Source: Kudoa neothunni (lineage: Eukaryota; Animalia; Cnidaria). From it: 64,000 nt of DNA. This document shows positions 14,295 through 28,863 of this stretch, one piece after another. The notes below the pieces were generated by a model. That model ran no database searches, was not told the DNA's origin, and saw only the letters and a list, made by a program, of their open reading frames with translations. The stretch covers positions 10,837,186 to 10,901,185 of the forward strand of contig OZ199839.1 in the NCBI GenBank assembly GCA_964304625.1, given 5' to 3'. Made by a program: the position numbers and the translations under genes. The stretch's first letter is position 1. Every line of letters starts with the position of its first letter.

Positions 14295-15314
14295 CAGGGG
14301 TGGTCTGACTTGGCTAGATGGGGAACCGATTTTAAGGTTGCTCAAATTTTCAGGAGACACAAGGCATTAACATCATTTATATACCTCTTCTTGATTTAAA
14401 ACTTACATTATTAGAGTATTTTTGGTAAATATTATGATAAAAAGTCGTAGTATTATAAATATAGGTTGTTTTTTTCTTATTCAGTGAATTGATGAAAAAC
14501 TTCCAAATAATTTGTATAGGTATAATTTATGATGGTTTTTTCCAACAAAGTAAATTTGTAGTTAATGATCCAAGAAACTTTTTCTCTGTGAAAAAGGTCG
14601 CAAATGTAATAAAATATTTGTCATATTTGATCATGTTTGATAGTCTGACAGAGTAAAATTAAATATTTACGAATAAAGTAATAACACAAGAATTTAATGC
14701 TTTCGTTTTTTTGGAAATTATTTATAATGTTACAAGTTTTTTATGTTTCCGCATTATCAATGAACTGACGGTAATCCTGTCTGCATGATGTTAGCGCTCT
14801 ACTAATTAGTTCCATCAGGTATTTGTTTGTGAGGAAGGGATCCGTGATGCTTCGATTTTACTAATTTCATCGTTGAATAAATAGACTCACAAAAATATTT
14901 TGTTAAGGAGATAGAAATAAGATTGAGATTTTTTTTAATTTTGAATATTTAGTTTCTGGAACATATTTTCAAAAATTGCTCGGTTAGTTGAAATTACGAA
15001 TCATCTTTAAAGCTTTAATTCGTGTTTTATTCTTTCGATATCTATCACGCTGGTAATGGATGAACATTAGTTCTAACTGTATTTCCTAATAAAACTAATA
15101 TTAATTCTAATTTGCGTCAAATGTTAAAACTACATGGTAGTTTGTAACTATGTTTTCTAATCAAAAATATATTCTAGTTTATGAGTAAAGATTTCATCTC
15201 TCCACTTGATTAAACAGTTTAAACTTTGTACGTTTGTGAATAAACGTTCTGGTGAATTAAAAGTCTTTTTCAAGAGTCATATGTGGCTCGAGAGCCATTG
15301 TTTGGCCACCCCTG
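14295..15314. mobile_element. Non-autonomous hAT element
   Basis: TIR CAGGGGTGG.. / ..CCACCCCTG with a perfect 8-bp TSD, TTATATTG. Confidence 0.9.
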
Positions 15315-15687
15315 TTATATTGGGTTATATCAAAAACAGGGGTGATCAATATTAGCAATAGGACAATATTAGAATTAATACCATTCCGTTTCTATTTGGG
15401 TATGGACCAAGGTAATTGTTATTGTATATATTTATGTAATTAATCATTTATTTTGGAATTGTTTTCTGATACTAGTAGTAACTTAAAAATAAACAAGATC
15501 GAAAATCGAGGTATTGACTTAATGCACCCAACATATCTAATTATCTCATCATTATCCACGCTATCTAAATGCTTGGGACTTTCCACATCCCACCAGAAGC
15601 ATTCACTAGACGTTCAAAATTTCTATGCCCAGCCAAAATTCTTCCAAGTCCCACCGGTGGAGGTTTCCCCCAGGTTGCGAAACACTG

Positions 15688-17799
15688 TCTTAGTTTTTAT
15701 GTTTGCTATATAGGGGCATAACCGGCATCTTTTTTCGCCCTTTCTATAACAGTTTGATGGTTCCATATGCGAAAGGTCACTATTTTCATTACCGTATATT
15801 TCAACAATTTCATCAACCCAATTGTGTAAATATTAACGTCTTGTACGGTTTTTATATTATAGTTTAAATTCATTAAATTTTTCAAAATATACAACCATTG
15901 AGTTATAACCAGCAATATCAATAATGTTATAGAATATTGTAAGTGGCCACCTCAGAGTTCTTCTCCTCACAATGTAGAATCGAATAAGTTGATCGAATAC
16001 ATCTACTCCAACCTTAGTTTGGTTATAGTAATGTACTATTTCGAGTTTCCCATCTTCCTCAATGTTCTTGTCGTTGTGTAGAGAACTGAGAAACAAAACA
16101 GACTTATTTGGCTTTTCGCAAAACGTAACAAGTGTGATTCTGTCATGGAAAAGAAACTGAGATCCAACTCCTTTTTTATTCTGTTGAAAGCACGTAGGTA
16201 AAAATTTACGGGACATTCTCATAGTTCCAACTAGGGCTGTCTTACGGCCTCTTAAATATTTTGTCAGATTTAAACTTGTGAAAAAACTGTCAGTAATTAT
16301 AGTTCTACCTTTATCTAGATAAAAGTTTGCGAGCTCTCTGACAACTCGTCCCCTGATTTACCTCGGGATTATTTGATGATCTTCCTGTATAAATTTGGAC
16401 ATTACACAAGTAAGCATTGTTGGTATCTGTTAGGACTCAAATCTTGATGCCATACTTTCCTGGTTTACTCGGTATATAAGTTTTGAAATTCACACGACCC
16501 CTTGTTGTGAAAAGCTGTTCACCCACTGTTAATTGCCCAGATTTTATGTAATTATTTCGGCAAGTATTGTTAAATGAATCCCATACAAAACTAATTGGTG
16601 AGTCCTTTCACTGAGGGTCACGCTTTACGCGATCATCAAAACGAATATTTTCAGAGGTAATTCTATTTCTTCGACACGACATTACTATAAAATATATAAA
16701 TGTTATTTTCACATATTTATATTTAAATTTTATTAAATATAGGTTATTTCCGTAAAAACAGCAAACCTTTTTCTTTATTCTATAACACCTGTAATGAAGA
16801 GTTTTCGTTTTTCATTATTCCAAGATATACATTAGTACCTATCCATTTCCAAACATCAAAATCGTTAAGTTTTATTTTATTGTTTCTCTTTTCCATAAAA
16901 TTGTTTGTCGAAATTATAATTTTTGCAATAATATCATATTCAATAAAACTTTTGAATGAAGTCAATGGAGAAAATATTTTTTCCTTAACTTCATTTGGGA
17001 TTCTATATTTGTAATTTGGTACAATGATGTGGTTATGTATTTTAACTGCCTTAGTTGGTATTTTCGACTCCCGTTTTATTCATTTTTCTCTTGAGATTGT
17101 TCAATCTCAGAAATATTCTCCAAATTGCTTAAAACTATAGCTTCAATAATTTTATCAATTTCTTCATCAGAAGAAAGATTCTCATCCATGCTGGAATCTT
17201 CTGAATTTTTCATAATCACTTTTATTGCATCATCAAGGATTAACATTCACACAGATTAGCAGCCACACGGGGGCGACAAAAGATTAGTCTGTTATTATCC
17301 TTAATAATAACTATTCCTAGATATTCAACGTAAAAAACAATAGTTTTGTTTATAATAAATTATATTGTAATTAAAAATTTTAGAAATTATGGTGAAGTAT
17401 GCAACAACTTATAATTTTTAAACATGGCTTGAAAAAAACAAACAAAAATGCAATTATCTAGAGATATTTTCTTTCGTTAATGTCAAATCTGGATTTATAG
17501 GTTTTTTTATTACAAATATTTCGTTTTATAATTGTTTTTATTTGATTAAAAGCGTTAATTGTCAAGTTATTCTATTGGGTCCATTGGACCCAGTTTGTAC
17601 ATAAGGGGGTGTAATTTTTTTCGATTAAATAAAAAACCACACAGATGTTGTTTGATCATATGAATACGAATAAAAATACAACAAAAATATTTAGGAAGCT
17701 TCACTATATTTTGACTTTCTGACTTCATTGAGAGAGCCATAATATAAGCAACAATCATGCTCTGGGTCCAATGGACCCAGAGCGTAGGTACAGGTGTTG
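15688..17799 (-). mobile_element. piggyBac relic, 3' end truncated
   Basis: 'YNQTKVGVDVFDQLIRFYIVRRRTLRWP' plus KPGKYGIKI-type fragments. Subterminal GGGTCCA.TGGACCC palindromes at ~17577 and ~17764. The Cys-rich tail (KRCRLCPY) is cut at 15688. Confidence 0.85.
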
Positions 17800-18110
17800 A
17801 GTATGGGAAATTAAATCGTCGTGATAATTGGTGAGAAATAGTTAATAAATACTAGTAGTTTTTAAACTTCTGTTGATGATTTCATTGAACCCAAAAAAAA
17901 TTACGTGAAATAAATTAATATTAAACATTTCAAATAGAAAAATTTTATTAAAAATAATTAAAATGCAAAAATTCCACGGAAATCATTAAAAATTAAAAGT
18001 GATAAGTCAATACCGTAGTAGCTTGATGGTTTAATAATATTTATTTCAAGTAAAATATTTTTACTTCAAAAGTCCAGTAGAATTAATGCTAAATAATATT
18101 TTTGGATTAA

Positions 18111-19477
18111 CCGTCGAAAAACCGTGTGTCGGAAGCTTCAGTATGTGCCCTTGGGGTCGTTTTTGAACGCATCATTATTTTCTTATTTTATTGTGAAAAT
18201 GACCCCAAAAGTTATTCTTGTAATTATTACTCACCACACAGCTATATTAATCGATTAGAAATTTGTTTTAGTGGGAATAAAAATGAGAAAAATGTAATTA
18301 ATTCTTCGATTAAAAATTATAAATATCTGCATAAAAACGCTTGTTATTCTGTGTTTCAAATATATGTTTTATTGCATTTACATTATTGATGTTTTGTGGA
18401 GGTAAAATAAAATGGTTCAAACGAATATAGAAAAGAGATGAACGCAAGCGAACATACAAGATATCCGGCATGATTCCCGGGAAAGTCATTAATCACAAAA
18501 TTGAAAGTAGGATTAAGTATGGATCATAGTTGTAAGATTTGAGTACGTCTATACATTTAAAATAAATAAATTTAATATGAAAATTAAAAATGAATTTATT
18601 TAAAAATAAATCACATCAATTTCGTGGTTTCATAAAGAGAAAGCAAGTTTCTTCAATGATAACATCAATCGGTTTCTAAACTACATGTCTGGCAATAAAA
18701 TAGTTTTTTGAATCTGTGAGACGAGAAAATAGGTTCCTTGTAGATATAGCACCGTATATTAGTTTGTTATTAATATTTCGTTAACAAAATGTACATCGTG
18801 ATCGTTTGCGTGGATCAATGATTTCTGTGGAATAGACGTTTCGCCAATATCCATACATTTATTAAATAGTTCTGAACTATATTTTAAATGCAAATAATAA
18901 CGACCCTTGAAAGTCTGGCGCACATATTCATCCATAAGTTACGGTGCCCCTCCCGAAGTTGATACACGTATACTGTAATTTAGTCCCAAATTATTGATAT
19001 CGTTATCAAAAGACGTTCATAAATATAAATTCCTTCTTAAATTAAAAATATAAAATGAAATAATATACTTTGCTTCCCCTAACGTTTAAAACACATATAG
19101 CCGATAAATCTAAATTTAATCTTATTGAGTCATCGTAATCCTTGGATAGGAAAAGGAAAACCTACAATTTACACATTTATTTAACGTTTAATATATATTA
19201 ATTGGGATAATTTGTCGTTTTTTATTTTTATCTATTGATAATTTTAACATGGAGTTATAGTATGAAGTATGTGGGAGTATGGAGAACATGTGTTCAATTA
19301 TACAAGCATTTTTTCTAGGATAAATTCTAATATTTTTCAAAAATTTTACTTTATTTAGTATATGAATGTAATTAATATGATTAATTGAATTTTACACTGA
19401 AGTCTATGAGGTTTTCATTTATAAAAATAAGATTTACCGAAAATGGGGTCTCGATAGACCCAAAAGTCCTGGGAGGG
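18111..19477. mobile_element. Possible non-autonomous piggyBac derivative
   Basis: TTAA|CCG at the left and GGGAGGG|TTAA at the right, each near GGGGTC...GACCC motifs. TIR match is poor. Confidence 0.35.
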
Positions 19478-20620
19478 TTAACGGAGTAAAAGTAATTATG
19501 ATAAAGTATACGATTTAAATTACCGTATATAATAATGGATATAAATAAAATTTAAAAAATAACTTTTAATTCTAGGAAACAATACTTACTGGATCATCAG
19601 ATATTTCTTTGAAGATTATGGGTCACGACTAAAAAAAGTTGGAAACATCGCCTTCGAGGAAACTAAAACAAATAACCAAAACAGAAGTGAAATGAAAAGA
19701 CAAACGATGGACTCGGGAAACGTAGACATTGTGGTGTTTGTAACAGATCTCCCTAAAAGCGATGCAGCACAAGATGTAGTACGTGCTACCAATTCAATTG
19801 TTATAAATGTTGAATAAAGTTAATATTATTTAAAAAACGTTTTACTGAACAATTCTTTTTTTCGCAGTATAGATCAATGTTTTTTAAGGGATAGACACAG
19901 TGTCCACCTCCATCTATTCACGTAAATTTTGTATCCCTGGGTATCGGAAGGTTAGTTAATAGCAAAGTGGTAGTGCGTGTTGTAATCAGACAGATTAAAA
20001 CGTTAGAATATAAGCACTGTGTCCGTATATTTCATTGAAATCATCTGCTTATGTTGCGCTTTCAGTGATTAAATCCACTGCGGACGGTTCTATTTTTATT
20101 TCATTAAATCAGTTCAGAAAGTTAGGCTGATATTGACGAGCTTTGTACGTGTTCGTGAGAAAGAGTCCACTCAAGTTTATGTCGGTTCAAGAGATATTAA
20201 TTTGGGTAATAAAAATTAATTTACGTAAATTTTCTTCTATCCCTATATCATTCTTGATCTCCCCTAAAAATTGGAGCAATAACTTTCTGGACCGGGCCAG
20301 AATTCGGCTTTGAATAAATCTTGGGATTAAAAAAATTCTTTTTAGATAACACTTTAAGATTATTTTAATAATTCAGGGATGCAATAAAATATGAATCTGA
20401 CTTTAAATTATTTGGTGTTAATGTCGGGTCACGAAATTATTAATCGAACGACAGGATTGGTACCCCCGTGCATAGAAATGATCATGATTCGAAATTTAAA
20501 ATCAAAATAGTCTGGACTATGATGTTTAATAATTTTATTTTGAGTGTTTATGCGTGTTAATTTGAAATATTAGTACATTTTTTTAATCTTTAAAAAAAAT
20601 TCTTCAATGCTTAATATTCT

Positions 20621-20649
20621 CCTAAGGAAAACTGGGAAATTCGCGCTAG
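20621..20649 (+). mobile_element. Helitron-like 3' terminus
   Basis: CCTAAGGAAAACTGGGAAATTCGCGCTAG|T, a degenerate copy of 35488-35516 (hairpin plus CTAG-T). Confidence 0.5.
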
Positions 20650-21229
20650 TAAATATTAAATGAATAATGCCAATAATCTAAAAGAATTTTTGTTGGAAAT
20701 ATAAAATATTGGTTGAATACGATAATATGATAAGTTTATAAACATATATGTTACATTTTATGTTAATAAAACTGAAATTCTCATAAAAAACGAATATACA
20801 AATTAAGAAAATATTTTTCGATTAGTTTAATATTGGAGCCTTTTGTTGAGAAAGAGATGATATCAAAGATCTAGTTTTATAAAGTATTATTTGATGGTTT
20901 CATTAAAATCCAAATCATCATAAATAAATAAAATATACAGAAGTTAATATACATTTTACATTGAAATTATGCTGAATTTCATTAGGATGAAAAATTAATA
21001 ACGCATGACAAATTATTTAATATTTTATTGATTCTTCCGTAAAAATAATTTATATTATTTATTTAATATAGAATTATTAAAAAGTAAGATACTTATGATG
21101 TTTATTATATTAACAAAATATAATCGTAAATAATGAATAACGTCGTGAATGAACTATATATTCGATAACAATGTTTAAACACACATCGACAAAAAGCGTT
21201 TATAATAGCTAATTACGTAGTTTCTTGAT

Positions 21230-22604
21230 ATGTTGATTATTTTAATATTTTTTGCTTTATTAGAGATAATATCCTTAGGTAAACTAAAATTAATATCATA
21301 TTTTAATTTAAATAAACAATAGAAAGGGCATTGGATTCTTATGAATTAGATTATGGAGCTCCTCCAACTTGGATGTCTCCAACGGATCAAAAAGCTGCCG
21401 TAGTTGATCGATGGTACGTCGACAAAGCTACTGCTACGTGCAAAAAATTCCAATATTTAGGTTCTTTAGGAAATTTTAACAACTTTGTGTCGAAAGCCGT
21501 TTGTCAGTATCATTGTAAATTATATGATATAAATTTTTTTAATTTTATTATTAGTAAAATTCACACCTGAAGAGCAGTCCAAAGCGTGTGGATTAGGTAA
21601 ACCTATTGGTCTTTGCACAGTAGATGAAGCAAAAAGAGAAGAGAGGTGGTATTTTAAAAAGACAGAGAATGGTGGCACCAATACCTACTCATGCGAAATG
21701 TTTAAATATTCTGGTTGCGGAGGAAACGCCAATAATTTTAAGAGTGTGGAAGATTGCAAAAATGCTTGTAACAGTAATTAAGTTTGAATAAATCTGTTCA
21801 TAATATTATATCACTAAATTAATTAATTATATTCAGATAAAGAGAATGGTGGTGTAGATACAAATGACCAAGTTAGCATCCTTACTGCAACACCTAACAA
21901 GTTTGACTGCCTTTTTAATGCTGAAGTAGATAACGCTACTCCTAAAATGGGAGTTGTACTACACAAAGACAAAAAAAGATGCGTTTACGCTGCTGTTGGC
22001 CTTGATGCAAAGAGAGGGTTTTTTAAGGAACTACCAAAATGCGTAGATACATGCATAAGTATTAAATTTCGATGATAGGTATGTGATGATAATAATAAAT
22101 AGCGGAGTTTGTTGCTGCTTGCAGTGCAAGTGAACCATATCAAGAACCATCTGACATTGTTATAAACAATGAAATAGATGTTCAAGAATACTTTTATTTT
22201 GACAAAAAAAACAATGTATGTCGTCCCTTCTACTCAAAAAAAGACCGCGGAGAATCAGTTAAAATTGACGATGGTTCACAAAATATATTTAGTTCTGCCG
22301 AGATATGTGCGAGTTTTTGTCCCGCTAGTATTCTATTATAATCAAATTTTCAGTATTATATATTTAATCGAATTTAGCTGGTCATCTTGGTGATCTGAAA
22401 GCGGTTGAAGTGTGCAAACAAGAAAAAGCTGGTGTGTGGAAAGAAGGCGAGAAATACAAATTAAGTAGACACTACTATGAATCTACTTCGAGCTCGTGCA
22501 AACCGTTTGATTTCAACGGAAAAGAGATGAATTTGAATAACTTTAAATCCTCAGATGTCTGCGACAAAATTTGCAAGACACCTTTAGCTGCTAGTGGTGA
22601 TTAA
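21230..22604 (+). CDS. Secreted five-Kunitz-domain protein (Kunitz A), 6 exons
   Basis: Signal peptide exon MLIILIFFALLEIISL. Five phase-1 exons each carry a Kunitz signature (RWY...C..F.Y.G..GN.NNF.S...C). The spliced frame is open to TAA at 22602-22604. Confidence 0.9.
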
Positions 22605-22899
22605 TTTGAAAAGATTTCTTAGTTTAAAATCAACACTTATAAAAGTTAAATACATTTTAAATAGAATTTAATGAGGTTTAATTAATTACTTTTTCTCTTT
22701 TTGCATTTAATTGTACAGTATTTCTCGATCAAGTTGCAAACCGTTCGCATATTTTATCATGATGGCCATTTGAAATGAAGAAATGTAGAGTCAGCATGGA
22801 AGGTACTTGCGAAATTAAATATTGTCTCTAATTGACACGAAAAAATAATGAAACATCTGTAGGTTCAAAAATAATTCTAAGTGTTAATTTTTTTCGTAG

Positions 22900-23250
22900 A
22901 ACAGCATAAAAGGATGACTTGGAATGTTTAAAATGACTTTGGCAACATGTCGATGAAATCTCAACCGGGCTTTTCTCAATGCATCCAATCAAGCCTTTAT
23001 TATTTTTTCGTTATTTTCTTTTTTCTATGGATTAGTTGAGAAAAAATATCTTCGATAGAATTAAAAAACGGAGAATGTAGAGGAAGTAACAATAATTTCT
23101 TCTCACTGTTTACAATGAACGTTCCCATAATTTCGGGGTTTTATGATTCTTTACCCATCATTTTACTGTAAAGTTCAAGTGATTTGTAATTTGATTGAAC
23201 ATGTTTGCAGCTTAATTGAGCATAAGGACAAAATACTCGATATTGTGTTA
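22900..23250 (-). pseudogene. Tc1/IS630-type transposase fragment
   Basis: 'KKLLLLPLHSPFFNSIEDIFS' resembles the LPPYSPFLNPIE motif. Confidence 0.5.
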
Positions 23251-23546
23251 CCCCGTAATGCGTCGTAGCGCAGTGTTTCCCTGCCTCACCACACTAAAAT
23301 CCAAGTAATATTAATGAAAACGTAGCTTTTAAACGTGTTTTTATGGGGTATCAATGTGGATAATTGAAACGAGTAGACTTGAAATATTGAAAAAAACAAA
23401 TCCTTTTGGATATTGTAATATTTTTGAAAAACTCCGATATAATAGTTATTTTCTTCCGATATTAAAGAGGATTTCGTTATTTTTACATTTTACTGTTATA
23501 AAATTTTATAATATATTAGATTTTTCTAAATATTAAACGTAATCCA

Positions 23547-25490
23547 TCTACTATCTTATCTATATATATATATAATCCTGTCTGTCTCTGTCTACAAGTG
23601 CGCTTGTGCCACGGAGAAACATGTTTTAAATACAGCTTTTAGTTCGAATTGAGTAGATGATACCATTAACAGAAATCTTTCATTTAATTAAAAGTACAAA
23701 TATAGTCAATATCGTTATCAGAAGTAAGGTATTTTTGGCTGTTTACATCAATTAACAGATTTAAAGGTACCGGCATAATATTGATGTTTGTTAATTTCAG
23801 ATTGGTACTCAATTAGAATGAACTTTTACTCATTGCGTACAAGGAGAATCTGCTAAATATGATGTATAACATTTATAAATGTTACATATGTCTGTTTGGG
23901 GTAATTTGAAGCATGACTCAATTATTTACGTTTTGGATTCATTTTTCTAGCGTTATGGATATAGTTAAGCGAAAAAGATTATTATCATTTTAAATAAGAC
24001 ACATAATTCGAGATTAAAGTTGTTGCCATGTTGGAATTATTTGGGTTTCTATACGCATTATAAAAACGATGTAGGATGCGTGTAGAGTTTTCGAATAATT
24101 AAATTTTTGTGACAATTTCTTAAATGAAAATTTCTTTTTCTCAAATATATCGGTTGAGATTTAAACTATATTCGTTTTTTCAAGGAGCATTTATTCATTT
24201 TTTGGTTTTCCTAAACTTTCTTTCGAAACAGCTACCATAACTAATTCGATATGTTTCTATATTTGATGAGGCAATTTTTTTAATAATGTTTAAGTTCTTA
24301 ATAACCAAATTATTCCCTATCCCCAGACCCTATGGTTTATATTCAAATCAATATATAATTTTCTTTTCTCTAAAAATAATTCATTATGATATAAAAGTTG
24401 CATGAAAGTATGTAACACCTCATTCTATACGTAGTTTAAGAATTTACATTCGCGATTGCTGTTGCACAAAATACAGTCTCCCTTCAATACGTGTCATGTA
24501 AGTTAATAAGAAATTATTGGTCTATTCGATCTAACCGATATTTTCACAAAGTATTCGTTAATTTAAGAATAATTCAATACAAATAAATTTTTTGGGGCAA
24601 TCATATAGTACGTTTGTTTTTAAAAAGTATGTATTCCTTCGAGAAAACTAGTTGATATTTAAGCACTACTATAATTTTTCAACATCAAAACACCTTTACA
24701 TTTTAAATTAACAAAATACGATTAAATCTAATTTTTATATATTTGAACCAATAAGTATTTTTGTTAGAATGAAAGGTTTTATTTATTTAAAGATCAGGAA
24801 ATTATGTTAAAATAGTGAATACGTAAGTTACCACTCACAGCTTATTAATACCTCGTTAACATCCTTTATAAAATTGCAAAAAAGGAGTAACAATTAATAT
24901 TTTTATTTCTGACGCACTATAGGGCGATTTTATTTTTCTTATCGTTTGTAGACTAATAATAAATTTTTTAACATGAAGGATTAATTTTTATTGTAAGATA
25001 TTGAAAAGTACTGAAAGTCCTATTTAAATTACTTAATGATTTTGTTTAATAAATAAATAAACTTTAATCGTTAATTAAATTGCTCATAAAATTAAGGTCA
25101 TTATATTTTTGGTATTAATTTTTAAAATAAATTTAAAAATACTCTTTTATTTCCCTCAATACCTCTATTTATATTTGAATGGGAAATGCTTGCATAATTT
25201 TGTTTATCTAAATCAACACATTGTAAAAATAATGAGAAGCTTTAAAATGCAACAATTAAAATAGAAAAATAAAATTTACAATGCTTAACGTTTTTAATTA
25301 GATTAAATCTTCCGTGGAATTTATTCATTCAAAAATAAAATTAACAGTTACAATTTTCCATCACACAGTACCCGGTAAAAATGGGAATTAGCGCGATTTA
25401 CTTAAAAATCAACAAGGCTTTAGTCTGCACCAGGTTTTAACCTACTTGGCTGGGCAAGAAAGCTTTCGCGAAGCGGGGCTTTTGCATTAG
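23547..25490 (+). mobile_element. Putative non-autonomous Helitron
   Basis: 5' A|TC...TCTATATATATATAAT..TGTCTGTC. 3' GCTTTCGCGAAGCGGGGC hairpin followed by TTAG|T. No coding relic seen. Confidence 0.4.
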
Positions 25491-25651
25491 TTATTAACAT
25501 ATGACAAGGATACTACTTCACCGCATATTTCTGGATGATTCCGATGCCAATGTTGCTATAATCTCTTGAAACAGAGGGATCTTCTTCATCAGTCAAAATA
25601 TCAATATTATCTTAAGCCTCGAGGTAACGTCCAAAACTCAACTGTGCTTAA

Positions 25652-27697
25652 CCCTCTAATGTACTTAAAATTGACTTACTTACGATGGATTTTGGGGTCA
25701 AAAATACCCCAAGTTTTTTTCATTTCAGACGCAAGAAAAAAAATATAATTTTTTGAAATTATACAAAATAGAATAAATATAGTGTCAGAATCAGTTGAAA
25801 ATCAATAAATCAATAATCCCTATAATCCTACGACAACTAACTTCGTTAAAAATCGCTGCTCTAATTTAAACATAATGGATAGTTTTTTATTGTGCATCAT
25901 AGCAAAAATCTTTGTTAGTAAAAATGAAATTAATGACAACAATAATTACAAACGTTTAATACATGGTTTTTGCAACGGTATCTACCACATTTGAAACAAA
26001 CATTGTTTGTTTTTTTATGTAATTTCCTGGGGGAAAAATTCGCACCTTGACAATTTACTTTAGGAGTTCGGTGTATTGGGTTGTTGTGCAATGCAGGACG
26101 AAGGCCTTTTGATAACTTTGTAATTTGCTACATTTCTTTCCATAAGTGGATCAACAATTTAGCCATTATTTTCAGAAATTTTCTTCGAATAATATTCCCA
26201 TCAAATATTTTGTTGTATACAGACATTGCATTTACCAGTGTTAAATCGACTATATTAAAAAAATACCACCATAGGCCATCTTCTGTTATGGCGTCTAACA
26301 GAAACGGATGACAACATACGGTCCACAGTATCAACACCACCTTTTGTTGAATTATAATGAATATTAACTTCTGGTTTGCATTTAGAATCATCATTAATTC
26401 CATTGTTCGTTGATCCTGAAGAAAACAATATTACCGCTTTGTTTTTTTTGCTTACATATGACGTTATCATATGTTTCTCGTGGAACAAAAATTGACTGCT
26501 TTAAAAATGTTTAGTTTTGGATAGCAGAGCACAAGGTGAAATTTCTGGCTTGTTATGTCGAATAGTACCCAACAGAGTCATTTTTTGGGAGGAGCTTATT
26601 CGATAGATTGTATGACGTAAAGAAATTATCCATTACAACATTTCTACCAGAGAAATAAAGTGGCTCACAAAGCTTCATAACGATATTTTTGCCAACGCTA
26701 GCGGATTTTTCGGGTCGAGGGCCATTTTTTACCTAGATACACATCAACACTGTACACATATCATCCGACGGGATCCACAGCTAAAAAAATTTTCATACCG
26801 TATTTAGTAGGCTTTAACGGCATGTACTGCCGGAATGGGCATCTTCCCTTAAATGGCACTAACTGTTCATCGATAGTGACATCTTCGAATGGTACAAAGC
26901 ATTTTGGTAAAATGTCTGTCCACATACTAAAAATGTCACGAATCGCACAAAATTTGTCCTCCTTTTTTCTTTCCTCTCGAGTATTATAGTCGTCAAAATG
27001 AATCGCCCTAGATATCTGACGAAATCTTTGGTAACTGAACAACTGCCTATAAACACATTTTCCCTCGGAGGTACTAAAAAGTTCACCGCGGTCTTCATGA
27101 ATGGCCATAGGAATTGAAATCCCCAAAAAACCTTTAAATTCAATCTCGTCAACGTCACGCCAATTGTCAAATTTCGACGCACCAAACTGATTAGTATATT
27201 TTATTATCGTCGAAATGATTTCTTCCGTAAAAAAAATATAAAAAACAATCGAGTTAGGTTTTGACTCTAGATGTGCAATAGGCCGTAAGACCAGGTGCCG
27301 GCTGCATAATATTACATTTTGATGCTTTGGAAGTTGGTGGTTTTTGATAACTCCATATAATTCCTTTTTTACTGAGTGTGGATTTATCAAACCGTTCACA
27401 CTCCAAAATATCTGATTCTTCTTCAGATTCTGTGAAGTTATCATCATATTCATTATTAGAAGTATCTGTAATATCACTGCAGCTGCTATCCATATAATCC
27501 ATTTTTGAGGGGGGGGGGGCGATGTGCGCGAATCTAATGAACTTAATGATGTATTTGGTAAGAATTAAGAACGTTATATTGTATAATTTACCCTTCAGTA
27601 AATTCCCAACTTAGTAAAAATATTCCAGAACATTTTTGTTTTTAATTCTGAAAGAGAAAAAGTTGGGGTATTTTTTTACCCCAAATCCATTAGAGGG
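25652..27697 (-). mobile_element. Full-length piggyBac with frameshifted transposase
   Basis: TTAA|CCCTCTAATG ... CATTAGAGGG|TTAA. Motifs 'VTIDEQLVPFKGRCPFRQYMPLKPTKYGMK' and 'YNSTKGGVDTVD'. Confidence 0.95.
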
Positions 27698-27812
27698 TTA
27701 AATATCAACATTTTTCGCCATAACTATTAGAATTAATTATTTTTTCGTATGCCGTTATGAAGGTGTAAGCATTAGGTCATGTAACCAATTAATTGGAATT
27801 TATCACGTCAGT

Positions 27813-28155
27813 GGGTTTTCGCCCCTTTTTCGACATTATATTATATTGCTTACATTTCTTGACCCCTGTAACAGTTCGACCTATTTTGAACAAATATTAT
27901 TTAGCTAAACTTCTAAAATTATAATTGGGCTTGTGAATTTTAAATTTGTCGTTTCTACGAAAGTACTGTTCTATTCCTACCTCAGTATACCATAATTACT
28001 ACATAGAACATAATCAATCTCAAAGGTGTAAATTCATTATTGAAATTTAATTAAAAATTAAATTTAAAATGAATTAATAAGTGATATATCATGATGTAAA
28101 ACTCATTGACGAATTATTAAAATTTTTAGAGGCAACAATGAGGGGCCGAAAACCC
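27813..28155. mobile_element. Possible small MITE
   Basis: GGGTTTTCGCCCCT and AGGGGCCGAAAACCC form a GC-rich inverted pair around an AT-rich interior. No TSD recognised. Confidence 0.4.
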
Positions 28156-28337
28156 GGAATGGATTATTCAATAAAATAGGATACTATTAAAATTTTATTA
28201 AATTTTCAAAATTAATATAGCTAATTAATAGCTTATTTTAAAGTAGGAAATTTCATTTATATCGTGGTAACACTCGTTTATAACTAGTAATTATTAATAT
28301 TTTCATTTTTAACGCTATGCAATAATGTGTACAGGTA

Positions 28338-28749
28338 CAGTGTAACCCCTGAGTTCGAACGTGTCGGAGCCTGCACATATCGGAGTTCGACTACAAATTA
28401 TGAACCAACGGCACTTTTTCGTTCTAACACATAAATAAAGGGTATTCGGAACAATTCCAATTGGAGCACAAGCAGAGAAGAAAAGAAATTTTAGAAGAGT
28501 GGCTGAATCAGATTGTGCGAACGACACCAACAAATATTTATCCTATATTTCACTTTTATTATTAGTTATTATATTTAATACTTGTTTGTTATATTTTATA
28601 AACATAAGATATGTGTATTATTTTCATAAATTAGGATAAAAATAGTTATTTTATGCGCGGTAATGGATTAAACTAATTTTCATTATTCTGAACAGGAAAA
28701 AATTATTTGGAGTTCGAACCGATTAAGGTAGAAGTCCGAGGTTTCATAG
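28338..28749. mobile_element. Tigger/pogo-type MITE
   Basis: TA|CAGTGTAACCCCTGAGTTCGAAC ... CGAGGTTTCATAG|TA, with repeated GAGTTCGA internal motifs. Confidence 0.6.
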
Positions 28750-28863
28750 TATTCTTAATTAATCAGAACAACTCTCATGCGCAAATATGGATTGACAATT
28801 GGGAAATATTGATTTTTATAAAAAAAATAAAATAGCATACATAAAGTTAATTACATTATTGTA

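Larger units (their letters stand above)
10781..15687. mobile_element. hAT/Charlie-type termini enclosing nested MULE and hAT elements
   Basis: CAGTGTTTCCCAACCT at 10781 and AGGTTGCGAAACACTG at 15672-15687. The flanks CTCTAGGT and TCTTAGTT do not form a TSD. Confidence 0.6.

Noticed and set aside
19880-20200. Slightly GC-richer stretch with GACACAGTG/CACTGTGTC inverted pair, possible ncRNA or MITE
   Set aside because: Repeat too short and no recognisable RNA family motif.
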